The translations under genes were made by a program, and so were the position numbers. This document shows positions 22,134 through 32,622 of a stretch of DNA of 34,648 nt, piece by piece. The DNA is from a virus (lineage: Duplodnaviria; Caudoviricetes). Within the stretch, counting starts at the first letter, position 1. Every line of letters starts with the position of its first letter. The stretch spans positions 1 through 34,648 of IMG/VR virus record IMGVR_UViG_3300050343_000107; one strand, 5' to 3'. A model generated the notes under the pieces. It was not told the origin of the DNA and did no database searches. It saw nothing but the letters and a program-made list of their open reading frames with translations.

Positions 22134-23891
22134 TAATGGACCTCTGACCAGTCTCCTCCCTGTTTTGCTTCCGCTTCGATGGGGATTCGTAAGTTGTAGT
22201 ATTCTCCAGCTGCGAGACTGCTAAATACCAAGGATGTTGATAAGTCAGCTGCGTGTTCAGGGGAACATTCGTATTGTAATTCGTCATGTATAAATGCGAG
22301 TTGTGATGCACACAACCCAGTTTGTTTAATAGTTTCGTTTGTAATTACCATCCAACGCTTTGCGACTACAGCTGCGGATGATTGCAAAAGCATGTTTAAT
22401 GCCTTGTGTGGACTGTCAACTTTGATGTGACGCCCATCTATTGATTTGATATAGCCTTTCTTACTTGCCTCTTTAATCGCTTCAAGTAATTCCGAAAGTC
22501 CATCAATTGCAGAAACAAATGCTTCTCTAATCTCTTTACCTTTCTTCTTAGCTTGTGTCTCATTTAATAGAGGGTCATAGGACATACCAATTTTCTGATT
22601 TCCTGCTCCATAGATGAAGGCATAGGAAATAGTTTTGATTTGTCGTCTAGAAACTCCGACCTTATCTGCATTGACTTGATGAATGTCTCCATTGAGGAAG
22701 GTGTCTCGCAAAGTTGTTACTCCATCGTCCAAGGTAATGCGCGAGCATCCTAAGCTCGATGCCGCTAAGATCAGCCCCAACCATAACTTGACCTGGCGTT
22801 GCTGTAAATAGTTTCCTAAATTCATCATCACTTTTACATTGGGCTAAGTTTGGATTTCGATGAGCACATCTATGAGTTACTGTTGCAACTGAACAATGGT
22901 GATGTATACGATTAGCAGTCGTACATAGCTTGAGCCATGCGTTGGTGCCTTCGGAGATCATCCCCAAGCTCTTCGTAATATCGAGACATTTCAGAAACTC
23001 CAAAGCAATCTGATGGCCCACCTGATGCAGCCATCTCCTTCAATACAGTCTCGTCGATAATCGGCTTCCCAGTAGCTGTCATCTGGGTTGGCTTCCAGCC
23101 ATGAATGTTTGCAGAATCCATGCAATATGATCTCTTGATGTGGGATTTAGTTCTTTTAGGCGTGTGAATGGAGCACCTTCGACATAGCCTTGGGTCCGAT
23201 TATTTCGTTTAGGAGTAAATACTGATCCGGCAACGAAAGGATACCTGTTACGTAATAGTTGATGAGTTTCTTCAAGTTCTTTTCTGAGAGACGATGCAAG
23301 TTTCCATGCAGCGCGTTCATCAAAGTACCATCCATGTAGTTGTTGTTAGTTAATATTTGAGCAACTTGGTGCTCTAGTTTGACCCACTCAGGTATTTGTG
23401 GAAGTGGTCGCATAGTTTGACTGTGACGTTTACATCTTGGCGCAGTAGGTTTCCATCTCTGGTGACCATTCCTGCCAATCTGTGGTTTTACCAAACTCAC
23501 CTTTGTATTCACCTAGCCTGTAGCCGTATGACTCCAATGAATGGCGTCCACGTAATTGAAAGGCATGTTTGATTTGTTTCGCTTCTTATCTACTTCCATC
23601 ATGTCTGTGTGATACAGACGTGAAAGAAGAAGTGTGTCTAATACAAAAGCTGTTGGTTCAAACCACGGATAAATTTCTTGATTACTGGTATGTCGTAACC
23701 AATGATGTTGTGACCTACTAGGACATCAGCATCTTCTAAGTCTTTGAATACCTCTACGTGAACAATCGGTTCTTGATTACCTTGATCGTTGTAGATAATG
23801 GTGTGTCAGTCTCGCTGTCATAAATAACAAGGCAGTGGATTTTGGTAACATCATTAAGTAGTCCGTCAGTCTCCAGATCGAATACGAGCAT
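22133..23891 (-). CDS. DNA polymerase A (gp5), frameshifted
   Basis: MLVFDLETDG exonuclease motif, DLSGIELRMLAHY, RRQIKTISYAFIYGAG, HDELQ. Confidence 0.95.
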
Positions 23892-25578
23892 TAGTCCATT
23901 GGTATGTTTTATCTACAAACTGAGCCTTTTCTATTGCTTCAGCTGTAGGTGGAAGTTAGGTTTACGAAATCTTTAATGAACTCTTCGTTCATTGCTTGGT
24001 CGAATCTGTTTCGTTAAACTCTGCTGTTGCTGCTGTTTCATTAAATTTACAAGTTTCTAAGTCGTATTTCAGTTGGCAGCTTCGCCAACTTCGCCTGAAT
24101 AGCGATTTTTAAGGACTCGCACTGTCGTAGCATCTCGTTCAGATCCGCTCTGCTGATCTCGTTCGAGTGCAATAACTGCATCACTAATTGACCGATGCTT
24201 CTACTGCCTCGAAGGCTTCTGAGTTGCACTCTGCCGCCTTCTTCATGTGATTGTCCATTAGGGGGTGTTGTTGTATGACATACAAGAAATAAAGCGATAC
24301 CTGTTCGTTCAACTAATGATCTAAGTTTTGTCATTGTTGTATCAATCATTCGACGTTCATCACCTTCAAGTCCACTAAGTAGAATTGATAAGTGATCAAG
24401 GAAGATGACTTTTGTATCTAAACCAGCCGCCATGTATTCAATGCGGTTGTAGATATGATCAGGGTCATAGCTACCAAAACCATCAAATAAGATGAAGGTT
24501 CCAATTAGCAATGTGTTATCAAAGATCTCTGTCAGCTCGCCTCGTTGTTGCTCTCCGAGGTGTAGAGACTTTCGAGCGGCGACTGACATAAGTCCGAGTG
24601 CATTGTTCTTCTGTTTGATTCTTCAAGCGCCAAGTAACCGCACCGCTCTCCTTTGCTGAGAAGGTAAGCACATATCTCTCTGAGAATGGAGCTTTTTCCG
24701 ACCCCAGAACCTGCAGTAACCGTGACAAGCTCTCCATATCTGATCCCGTGTAATAGCTTATTGAGTCCTTCAAATGGGTAGTCATGATCAGATGGTGGTG
24801 AGGTGTAGTTACTAGCTCTAAAAGAGTTTTGGCATCAACAATGCCGTCAGGTTGATATTGTGTATGGTTGTAATTACATACTGCTCGTACTGCTTCAGTA
24901 TCTACCAGCTTGTAATGCCTCTGAGGCGTCCTTGTAATCGTCTAGAAAGCCTATGAAAGTCTTGCTAGGTGGTAATACACTAGCGGCTTCTTTAGCAGCC
25001 TTCTGACCTGCCTCATCGTTATCAAAGAATATAACTATCTTGTCGTAATGATTGATCCATTCATAGTTATTTTGAATGGCTTTCTTAGCTGCAGCTGCAC
25101 CATTTGGGATGGAGACAACAGGCCAAGGTTGACATTCATAGACGCTCATTGCATCCATTTCACCTTCAACAATGATTAGCTTTTGATCTTTAGCTGTTTT
25201 ATGTCTGAAGTTCTGCATCCCGAATAGGGAATTGACTTCTCCTTCACATCGGAATGACTTGTCTTTAGTCCTTACTTTTGCTCCGACAACCTTTCCAGAA
25301 CTGTCGAAATAATAGTGGCGTAGGATCTCTCCATCTTTGTAGGTTTTGAATAGTTCACAGGTACGTTCAGAAATTCCTCTTGATTGCAGCCGTCTGGCTG
25401 ATCCTTGTAGTTGAACATTTGACACTTGATGATTGTGAGTGGTTTGATTGTTGCCATGCGTTCGTGCATGACATTTAAAACAAAAGGTGTGACCATCTGA
25501 GTACAAACTATTTGCATCTGATGAGCCACACTCTGGACATGGAATATGTTCTACGAACTCATTCTCTACATGAACCAT
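23892..25578 (-). CDS. Primase/helicase (gp4), frameshifted; 3' end uncertain (~23990 or ~23892)
   Basis: CPECGSSD...CFKC zinc ribbon, IVEGEMDAMS TOPRIM, AGSGVGKS Walker A, IFLDHLSIL, VLKNRYSG. Confidence 0.93.
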
Positions 25579-25923
25579 TGATTGGTATGTTGTGAAATGA
25601 TGTCCAAGGTATACCTAACTTGTCGCAGTACTTTGCGGCATAGGTTGTCTTAGACTTCTTAGACTTATAGTGTTGTATGGAGATTGAAATACCATACGTA
25701 AATCTAATTCAGGATGCTGTTCTTTTACGTTTCTTAATCTTACGTCTGTCGTCACTATCCCAATAGCCTTTGCACTCCAGCAGATGCCATTAGGTAATAA
25801 AAAGTCAGGCGTATAATATGTTGGATGATTGTATGGAACCTTAGTAGATTCATATTCATACTTGACACCCAACTCACACATAAGATCAGCTACTCGTTCT
25901 TCAAGTCCTGATCGAAAAGCCAT
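25566..25923 (-). CDS. Endonuclease I (gp3, Holliday junction resolvase), frameshifted
   Basis: MAFRSGLEERVADL, YTPDFLLPNGI, HPELDLRMVFQ. Confidence 0.9.
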
Positions 25924-26070
25924 TATTAGATCAATGATCTCTTCAACGATCTCAGATACAGCTCTTCGCATTTCATATTTGAAATCATTGCGATCAGCTT
26001 TGTATCTATCGGTAAAGGTAGCCACTGTTAGCGTTGAGTCCTAGTCGTTGTGGTCGTATTCAAAAATCAT
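25924..26070 (-). CDS. Small hypothetical protein between ssb and endonuclease (damaged)
   Basis: YKADRNDFKYEMRRAVSEIVEEII; ATG at 26070 overlaps the ssb end; fused to gp3 in the ORF track. Confidence 0.5.
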
Positions 26071-26635
26071 TGTCATCCTCCACAGAACTAGGTTCAGCTG
26101 ACACAACATTTGGTATCTGATACCTTGAATCCAGCTGTTGTGCCAAACAGTTCAGCAACATCTTCAGTAGACATATCTCCTACATCAACACCTGCTGATG
26201 ATTGACAGTGAGACAGTTGAATACCTTTCAGCTTCAACTTGTGCCATAGGTGACACCATCACGAAGGATGTAAGGCTTTTGATAAGAGTGCTAGCTTTAC
26301 TTTTGAACCACTGTAGATAGGAAGACGTTCATCAGTAATTAACGTACCTTCAGTATCTACTACAGGTGGACGTGTATCTTCATTCCAAGAGAACTTTACT
26401 TTGTATTTTCCTTTACTTAGTTCTTCCCAAGGTTCAGGCTTAAGTACTGAACGCTTTGGATTCTTTAGTTTTGATTCAGCCCACTTAAGGGATTCAGTAC
26501 GGTCATCTTCTAGTTGATCTACCATTTCTTGTCAACAATAGCGGCAAGAGAATAGCCAAATTTAGAAGGTGTCATTACAGCTTGATATCCTTCAAGGACA
26601 ACAGGCTCTGGTGTTACGAATGTGTTGCGTGTCAT
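26060..26635 (-). CDS. Single-stranded DNA-binding protein (gp2.5), frameshifted
   Basis: VVLEGYQAVMTPSKFGYSL, KPEPWEE, PIYSGSKVKLA, acidic tail ending EDDNDF*. Confidence 0.88.
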
Positions 26636-28978
26636 TAACAGAAAAAATATGTGGATTCAATTACTGACTCAGGGTTAAGTGTGTCCAATAATCGGTGGTT
26701 CGGTTTCAGCTCCGATTTGTGCAGCCCAAGACGTTAAGTAATCTTGTTCTGCAAATAAGTGCATGTATGTCTCACGAACAATGGATGAAAGAGTAGACAT
26801 GTCAGTAGCACGACATAAAACCGAGTCGTGTATGAGGGCCAACGGAGCGTTGAAGCGTATTGCAGATAGGTGGAGGAGACTTGCATCTAAGCGAATGAAT
26901 AAGGTTCGGTGCTGTTGCATTTTTATGGTGTGATTTATCTACTTGTCTCCTTCTTCTGTAGCTACTTTGACCTGACATCTACCTAGTAGTTGTAATTCAA
27001 TAGTTTCTACAAGTGGTTTCATTAATCGTTGTGTGACAATAAAACCTGATGGTGTACACCATTGAATTTCTTGTTCACCACGATCGATAGCATTACCTAC
27101 TTCTTTCTCTATCCATTTCATTACCTTCATAGGACCGGGAACAATGACATTCATTGCTTCCACGTACAGCATTGACTGTTTCTGTTAGATCTTCTTTTTC
27201 AATTTCAACACCTTTCTCTTTCAAAGCTTCACGTATGTACCCTCTATTTGAGTAGGTTTTGCGTTGTAAGGAACTGTCATAACTGTCTTTTGTAGTCTTT
27301 CTATCCATGTGTGGACGGATAGATTCAGGAACATTAGGTTTAGCTTGTTCTGCTATTACCTTGTAGGCATCTTGTGGCTTCTCACTAGGCAAGACATTAA
27401 CAAGTTTTGCTGTACTGGCGTCCCTAGCGAGACCTGCAAGGATTTGCAATCCTGAACACGTTGCATCAATGGCAACAGGTAAGTTTGTGTAGTTTCTGTC
27501 ACACAAAATGCAAGTATGATAGTACTCATGTACAAGCGGCAAGGAATTGCCAAGGTTCATCGATCTCCTCCCAGTCTGAAAGGTTTCCAATTGGGTCAGT
27601 TGCAACACGTGTAATTAGCGAGTGATTGTGACTAGTCCAGTTGATACGATCTTCCATCGTTTCTTTATCCTTACCAGCAGTCGTAGCTACTTGAAAGCGT
27701 AGCCAGTCTTCTGCTTCGTAAGTCATTGTTGCTTTCTCTGCGAAGAGCAATAAACTTTTACCGAAGTCTGTATCTTGTGGTGTTAAGAATGCAGGAATTG
27801 GGTAAGCACGTCCTCGGTAGTCAAAACTCCAAGGAATAAAGAATTTCTCTTTATCTTTAAATACTTTGACTGCGTTCATGGTCATTCGTGTACGGCATGA
27901 CCTTTTAAATTGTTGAGCATTGATGTTCATTACATCAGCTGCTTTACGTCGATAGTCTTTGCGAGAATCAAAGTTCTCAGCAATATCTAACGGCTTATTG
28001 GGTAGAGGTAATTCTACAACAGGGACAAACTTACCAATAGCAATACCACGTTCTTGTAGCGTCTCAGCAACACCAACAATGAATGGATTTAGTGTGTAAG
28101 CAACCTTCTGAATATGGTTCAAAAAGGTGATTGGTGTTTCCCCCTGTATACAGGCAGGGATGCTGACCTACGCACCATGTTGTTCCCTTCATTATCTCAT
28201 TTAAGGATGTATCCACCTTGTCTTTCGTTAGTCCAGTCATTTGGTTCAATGAGCATCGGCCAAGCAAGTGGGCTGAATAACTCAGCAGTTGCCATGACTT
28301 CATCTCTGATTTTAAAAATTCAGGCGTGGGAACAATGAATTGATGTGTTTTACGTTCCCTCCCTTATCAGTTCATTGTCAAACCAACCGCTGGCCCGAAT
28401 GATGCAGTCAAGCAGCCAGCCACCAATTTGATTCGGTTGGCTCGTCCCCCAAGGTTGCCAATGCTGCAACTTCGTAGCGTTTCATCAATGTTTTGATGAC
28501 CACTACCTTTTGTTCTGTACCGATTGATCGGTGCCAATAGTTCTCCTTCAGTGTGTAGGAGACCAGGGCAGTTGGTTTCGTAGTGGCGGATGGTGCATTC
28601 ATCCTCTATGGCTTTACCGATGGCATCAGTGACGTTCTGAAGCTGGTTTGCTTTTGGCTTGCTTGAGAACACCTTGTCAAAGGTCACCTTGCAAGCAATG
28701 GCAGCTGCTGCTTCTGGTTCGATGTCGGCAAGAAATTTCTTGATTTCAACAAAAGGCTTACCAACCATCCCGCCTTCATTAATCTAGCAGCAGTGTCTCT
28801 TGATCTGTTCAATGGCCTTCGGTAACAGCTCTTGGATGGAGCTACAGCCATAGACAGAAGCACTTGCATACTCTTTGTCCTGAAGCTTGACCGTGTTGTC
28901 TCTGAGGCGTTCTAAGCCTTGTTTGATCTGTTCCCTTTCGAGCTTGATTTGCTCATCGATTTGGGCTGGTGTTGGCAT
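26635..28978 (-). CDS. Single-subunit RNA polymerase (gp1), frameshifted
   Basis: WSFDYRGRAYP, DATCSGLQIL, LIHDSVL and C-terminal STYFFC*. Confidence 0.95.
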
Positions 28979-29106
28979 CTAAATAATTTGCGCTAGACGC
29001 ACTAGATTCGTTTTTTCCCTATTCACAAGTGGACAAGACTGCAGCGCAGTGAGTGTGACGGATGCGTCCTTGATCTGTCCGCATGTGAATCAGTAGAAAC
29101 ACGCCT

Positions 29107-29145
29107 TTTTAAGTCGCGTGCGTCTACCGATTCCGCCACGCCCCC
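29107..29145 (-). other. Putative attP core: 5' half of tRNA-Leu(TAA)
   Basis: GGGGGCGTGGCGGAATCGGTAGACGCACGCGACTTAAAA = acceptor 5' strand, D arm and anticodon loop; no 3' half; ~85 nt downstream of the integrase. Confidence 0.85.
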
Positions 29146-29228
29146 ACTGGGTTTTCAGTCTATCTGAACAAGGGGTTTTGAAGCTGTACAGGTGCGGTAA
29201 ACCTGTTTTTCTGTCTTGATAGTCGCAA

Positions 29229-30152
29229 CTACAGTTGTGACATCAGGTCATGGTCTTGGCTGTTGTTTTGGCTGTAGTAACCCTCAGTCACAGTGATTGA
29301 AGAGTGTCCAGCCCAACCTTTGACCTTCATAGAAGGAACACCATCGTCTAATGCCCACGTAATGAAAGAGTTACGTAACGTCTTCCAGTAGTGCTTGTCA
29401 GTGACAGTACGATCCTCGTCATTCATAAGACGCAGTACGTGCTTCCATCTGCGATGCAAGTTCCATTGGTTAGGGAACTCATCAAAGATGATGTCGTGAT
29501 ATCCACGATCAGTTCCTGTCCTTGACTTAAGCAATGGCGTCAGTCGTGGATGAATGGGAACCTCTCGGTAGTTACGACCTTTAGTGCGTGTAGCTGCTGT
29601 ACCTCCTACCAACATGACGTTGTTACGCCAGTCAATGTCATCAACATGCAAACGTCTACATTCAGCTTGCCTTAGTCCGCTGTAAGCACTTAACTCAATA
29701 GCTTGAGCTAAAGCATCATCGCCACGTCCTTGGGCAATCTGTACAAGACGATCTACTTGACATTTTGAATAAAATTCAGGTCGTCTACGTTTACCTTCTT
29801 TGAGTTTCTCAATGACAGGTACACCTTGTAAGTAACCACTTCTAGCGCATAGCGTTAGTACTTTCTTAACTGTAGAGATTGCACGGTTAGCTGTGCTTGT
29901 ACTGTTCCCAGTACTTTCAATTAACTCAGCAATGGTTTCATGAACAAAGTCATGATTAATGTCCACAAGTGGAGGGTCACCCCAAATGTCTCTTAGCTTG
30001 TAGTAGTTCCTAATGTTGTTCTGATTACCAGTAGGTAGTTCAGATTCACGCCATGTAGGTAATGTTTGAAGGGTGTGATTGAAGCCTTGAGAAAACTTAC
30101 TTATTTTCTGAGGCTTCTTGTATTCCGTTGCCGGAATGATTGTGAAGTCCAT
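29229..30152 (-). CDS. int: Tyrosine recombinase/integrase
   Basis: YSGLRQAE, TKGRNYREVP, KTLRNSF, WAGHSSITVTEGYY; intact 307-aa ORF. Confidence 0.93.
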   Translation of the reverse strand: MDFTIIPATEYKKPQKISKFSQGFNHTLQTLPTWRESELPTGNQNNIRNYYKLRDIWGDPPLVDINHDFVHETIAELIESTGNSTSTANRAISTVKKVLTLCARSGYLQGVPVIEKLKEGKRRRPEFYSKCQVDRLVQIAQGRGDDALAQAIELSAYSGLRQAECRRLHVDDIDWRNNVMLVGGTAATRTKGRNYREVPIHPRLTPLLKSRTGTDRGYHDIIFDEFPNQWNLHRRWKHVLRLMNDEDRTVTDKHYWKTLRNSFITWALDDGVPSMKVKGWAGHSSITVTEGYYSQNNSQDHDLMSQL

Positions 30153-30504
30153 TTAATTCATTCAGTAGTTCGTCTTTAATGCGAACACCAAGCGGTGTCA
30201 GTCGTAGTTGTAATCTACGTTGATTTAAAGGGTCTGCCTCCTTGGTGATTAGGTTGAGTCCCGCTGTCCTATATCTGTTCTGACTACATAAGTAATCAGT
30301 GTTACGGCTGCCTGATGCAGTGCTTAAACCTAAGTCTTGCTCCATTCGTGCCTTATGGCATTTGTCATGGGAGCAGACATAGAGAAAGCATTGCAATGCC
30401 TGTAAGGGCATGTTGCCATCATCTGTTAAGAGTCTGACAATCTCAATCGCCTTGAAGACGGCAAGGGCGTCGTCGTCTGTAACGAGTCCCCTTAACGGGT
30501 CCAT
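30097..30504 (-). CDS. MarR-like winged-helix transcriptional regulator
   Basis: MEQDLGLSTASGSRNTDYL helix-turn-helix and LITKEADPLNQRRLQLRLTPLG wing; probable ATG at 30504. Confidence 0.8.
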   Translation of the reverse strand: MDPLRGLVTDDDALAVFKAIEIVRLLTDDGNMPLQALQCFLYVCSHDKCHKARMEQDLGLSTASGSRNTDYLCSQNRYRTAGLNLITKEADPLNQRRLQLRLTPLGVRIKDELLNELNGLHNHSGNGIQEASENK

Positions 30505-30622
30505 GATGTAAGGGTTTGGGACCACCACATTCTAGCCTGATCCTCCACAAGTGGATAGAGACATCAGTAAAGGATTCCTTATCGATGCCGAGATAGAAGT
30601 CTCCAAAGGAGAGAATGTTCAT
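30443..30622 (-). CDS. Small hypothetical protein, 59 aa
   Basis: MNILSFGDFYLGIDKESFTDVSIHLWRIRLE...; AAGGA upstream of ATG; below the ORF-track cut-off. Confidence 0.5.
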   Translation of the reverse strand: MNILSFGDFYLGIDKESFTDVSIHLWRIRLECGGPKPLHHGPVKGTRYRRRRPCRLQGD

Positions 30623-30664
30623 GTGTGTCCTTGGTGTGGCTCTTTAATTAAACAGCAGATTTAC

Positions 30665-30901
30665 TTAAGAAGGGAGGATTTCATCTTCATTCTCGATCAA
30701 TAAATGTTTGTAACGATCATCTATTTTCCAATCACCTTGATACAGTCCTGTACGACACATCAGTGTATAAGCACAGCAGCGGCATTTAAAACCGAAACAT
30801 TCTTTACCTGCGCGTTTATCAATTGGTACATCTTCATTGCTAAGTAAGTCACGGGCAAAAGAACAAACAGCAGCAGATCCGTGGATGTGTGACCTTGACA
30901 T
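30665..30901 (-). CDS. Hypothetical protein (probably the 3' part of a frameshifted gene starting near 31050)
   Basis: 78-aa ORF in the dense minus-strand early gene run; otherwise unassigned sequence upstream. Confidence 0.4.
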   Translation of the reverse strand: MSRSHIHGSAAVCSFARDLLSNEDVPIDKRAGKECFGFKCRCCAYTLMCRTGLYQGDWKIDDRYKHLLIENEDEILPS

Positions 30902-31070
30902 CTCCTCAAGTGCTTGAGATAAGAGTCAAACCCCATTTGGCTGCATACAGTTTTAAACTTGTGCATCTTGGTCTGACAGCTGTACGACGACACGCTTCAA
31001 TTAAATGCACCAACTGCATACCTGTGAGAACCATAATCACGCATGGTCCCAATAGTGCAAGATTTATCCG

Positions 31071-31204
31071 TTATCTAACGCAACTAAGAATTGTGTCATC
31101 TTTCATTTGTGCGTCATGAGTGTGAGAAGTTCATCTTTATGGTCATGCATTAAGATTTCTTCATAAAGTGTATCAACTAAGAAATTAAAGGTCGAACTCT
31201 TCAT
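31071..31204 (-). CDS. Small hypothetical protein (indel near 31105)
   Basis: MKSSTFNFLVDTLYEEILMHDHKDELLTLM...QMKDDTILSCVR*. Confidence 0.5.
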
Positions 31205-31532
31205 AGTCGATTTCTTCTCCGATTGGGTTTGGTCCGATGTAATGCTGTGATTCATGGGTGGTGATACATAGGTCATGTGTTTTTGCTTTGCAGAACTCGA
31301 CAAGCTTTTTATCTGCTGCACTGTGCCGCTTGTAGACGTACTCTTTGACTTTCTTTGTTTCGAGATGTGTTGCTCTGATAATGCAGCACACATCTGGTGG
31401 TAACTCCCAACCCGAAACTTTCCAGTCCATAATGTCTAAAAATAGATGCTGTTCAAACATCTCGGCAGGTGCGTCCCTGTACTTCTTCCAATTATTTGGA
31501 AAGTACTTTTTACGTTTACGGTTACCATTCAT
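31185..31532 (-). CDS. Cyanopodovirus-type early hypothetical protein
   Basis: Intact ORF: YFPNNWKKYRDAP...MDWKVSGWELP...CIIRA...KVKEYVYKR. Confidence 0.75.
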   Translation of the reverse strand: MNGNRKRKKYFPNNWKKYRDAPAEMFEQHLFLDIMDWKVSGWELPPDVCCIIRATHLETKKVKEYVYKRHSAADKKLVEFCKAKTHDLCITTHESQHYIGPNPIGEEIDYEEFDL

Positions 31533-31728
31533 CTACGATCCTCACATTAAGTAGTTTTGAGTGCCTGTCTTCGGACAATTCCAATGCTGAATAAGCTGCG
31601 TCCATGGAATCGGCGGCTAAGATGTACATCTTTTCACCACTGGACAGCGTTACTTGATACTCTTGCGGTGAGTGTGAATCTAAGTTATACTTTTGGTTTA
31701 CGTCTTCGTGCTGGTCTTGATGTTGCAA
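31522..31728 (-). CDS. Early hypothetical protein
   Basis: EYQVTLSSGEKMYILAADSMDAAYSALELS; overlaps neighbours in operon fashion. Confidence 0.65.
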   Translation of the reverse strand: MQHQDQHEDVNQKYNLDSHSPQEYQVTLSSGEKMYILAADSMDAAYSALELSEDRHSKLLNVRIVDEW

Positions 31729-31885
31729 TAGGTGGCTCCGATTGATTGAACGTGTCGCGATTCCTTAAGTCGCGATAAATAGGTGCCCACTTATGATCTG
31801 GGAAATGATGTAACCAACAACTAATTGCATTCTTGATGAAGTAATCATCATCAATACTTTTAGTGCTTGGCTTTTCTGTGTTCAT
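31685..31885 (-). CDS. Early hypothetical protein
   Basis: DDDYFIKNAISCWLHHFPDHKW, basic C-terminus. Confidence 0.65.
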   Translation of the reverse strand: MNTEKPSTKSIDDDYFIKNAISCWLHHFPDHKWAPIYRDLRNRDTFNQSEPPIATSRPARRRKPKV

Positions 31886-31948
31886 GTTGTTGTATGATAC
31901 GTTGTAAGTTTTTGTATTTAGTCTTTAGATAATTGATGAATGCTGGTG

Positions 31949-32065
31949 TCATTTCTTTCCGTAATAACGTGAAGTGATACGATTGGAACGTTGATAAACT
32001 GTAGCCGTAGCGAATAGCCCAAGCATTCCAACAACGGCAAGGATGATTGTGGTTTCAGTTGGCAT
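31949..32065 (-). CDS. Small single-pass membrane protein, 38 aa
   Basis: MPTETTIILAVVGMLGLFATATVYQRSNRITSRYYGKK*; AGGAG upstream. Confidence 0.6.
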   Translation of the reverse strand: MPTETTIILAVVGMLGLFATATVYQRSNRITSRYYGKK

Positions 32066-32210
32066 TTTTGAACATCTCCTTATAAAGGTCTAGATTCTGT
32101 TCTTTGTATTCCCTATTGAGTTGTAGAATCTGATTCACGACACCAATCAACTTATTGTGATACATCTCCTCAAGCCTAGTTTGCATGTAATTACGTTCAG
32201 TAATAGTCAT
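32055..32210 (-). CDS. Small hypothetical protein, copy A of tandem pair (51 aa)
   Basis: MTITERNYMQTRLEEMYHNKLIGVVNQILQLNREYKEQNLDLYKEMFKNAN*. Confidence 0.6.
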   Translation of the reverse strand: MTITERNYMQTRLEEMYHNKLIGVVNQILQLNREYKEQNLDLYKEMFKNAN

Positions 32211-32395
32211 TACTTAGAATGCTCAGCTAAATCTTGCAAACATCTCCATAAAGGTTTAGGTTTTGTTCTTTGTATTCTCTGTTGAGTTGTAGACATAATC
32301 TCATCGACACCAATCAACTTGTTTCAACAATGGCGTTGCGATACATCTCCTCACGTAGCCTGGTTTGCATGTAATTACGTTCAGTAATAGTCATT
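32070..32395. repeat. Diverged tandem duplication (~32070-32211 and ~32238-32395)
   Basis: Shared blocks including gtttgcatgtaattacgttcagtaatagtcatt, cgacaccaatcaactt and tgttctttgtattc. Confidence 0.9.
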
Positions 32396-32593
32396 TGATG
32401 AAGGTGATGTGTACGTGGCCGCGGCTCCTAGTTGCTGATACAATTTCTCCATCACCAAAGGCTTTTTGATTCTTGTGTCTTTGCCACGGTGGTGGATGAT
32501 TAGTTGCATAGCTGCGTCCTTGGTGAGTGTGAAGAGGTTGATGTGAGCAAAAAAAATAATACTAATAGACAAGCTGTTAGTATTACTTTGCAT
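32381..32593 (-). CDS. Hypothetical protein (real start may be 32508)
   Basis: ORF track; AAGGA precedes the internal ATG of MQLIIHHRGKD. Confidence 0.4.
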   Translation of the reverse strand: MQSNTNSLSISIIFFAHINLFTLTKDAAMQLIIHHRGKDTRIKKPLVMEKLYQQLGAAATYTSPSSNDYY

Positions 32594-32622
32594 TAGTGGA
32601 TAGATAGATTAATAAGAACTAA

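Noticed and set aside
25615-26025. N-terminally extended endonuclease I
   Set aside because: Apparent fusion of the small upstream gene with gp3, whose typical start MAFRSGLE is internal.
19352-28978. Programmed frameshifting or alternative genetic code
   Set aside because: Breaks are frame changes in both directions at scattered sites, not in-frame stops or consistent slippery sequences.
29107-29145. Functional tRNA-Leu gene
   Set aside because: Only the 5' half is present; no 3' anticodon strand, T arm or acceptor 3' strand.
32070-32395. CRISPR array or DGR template/variable repeat
   Set aside because: Only two coding copies, no spacers, differences not adenine-specific, no reverse transcriptase in the window.
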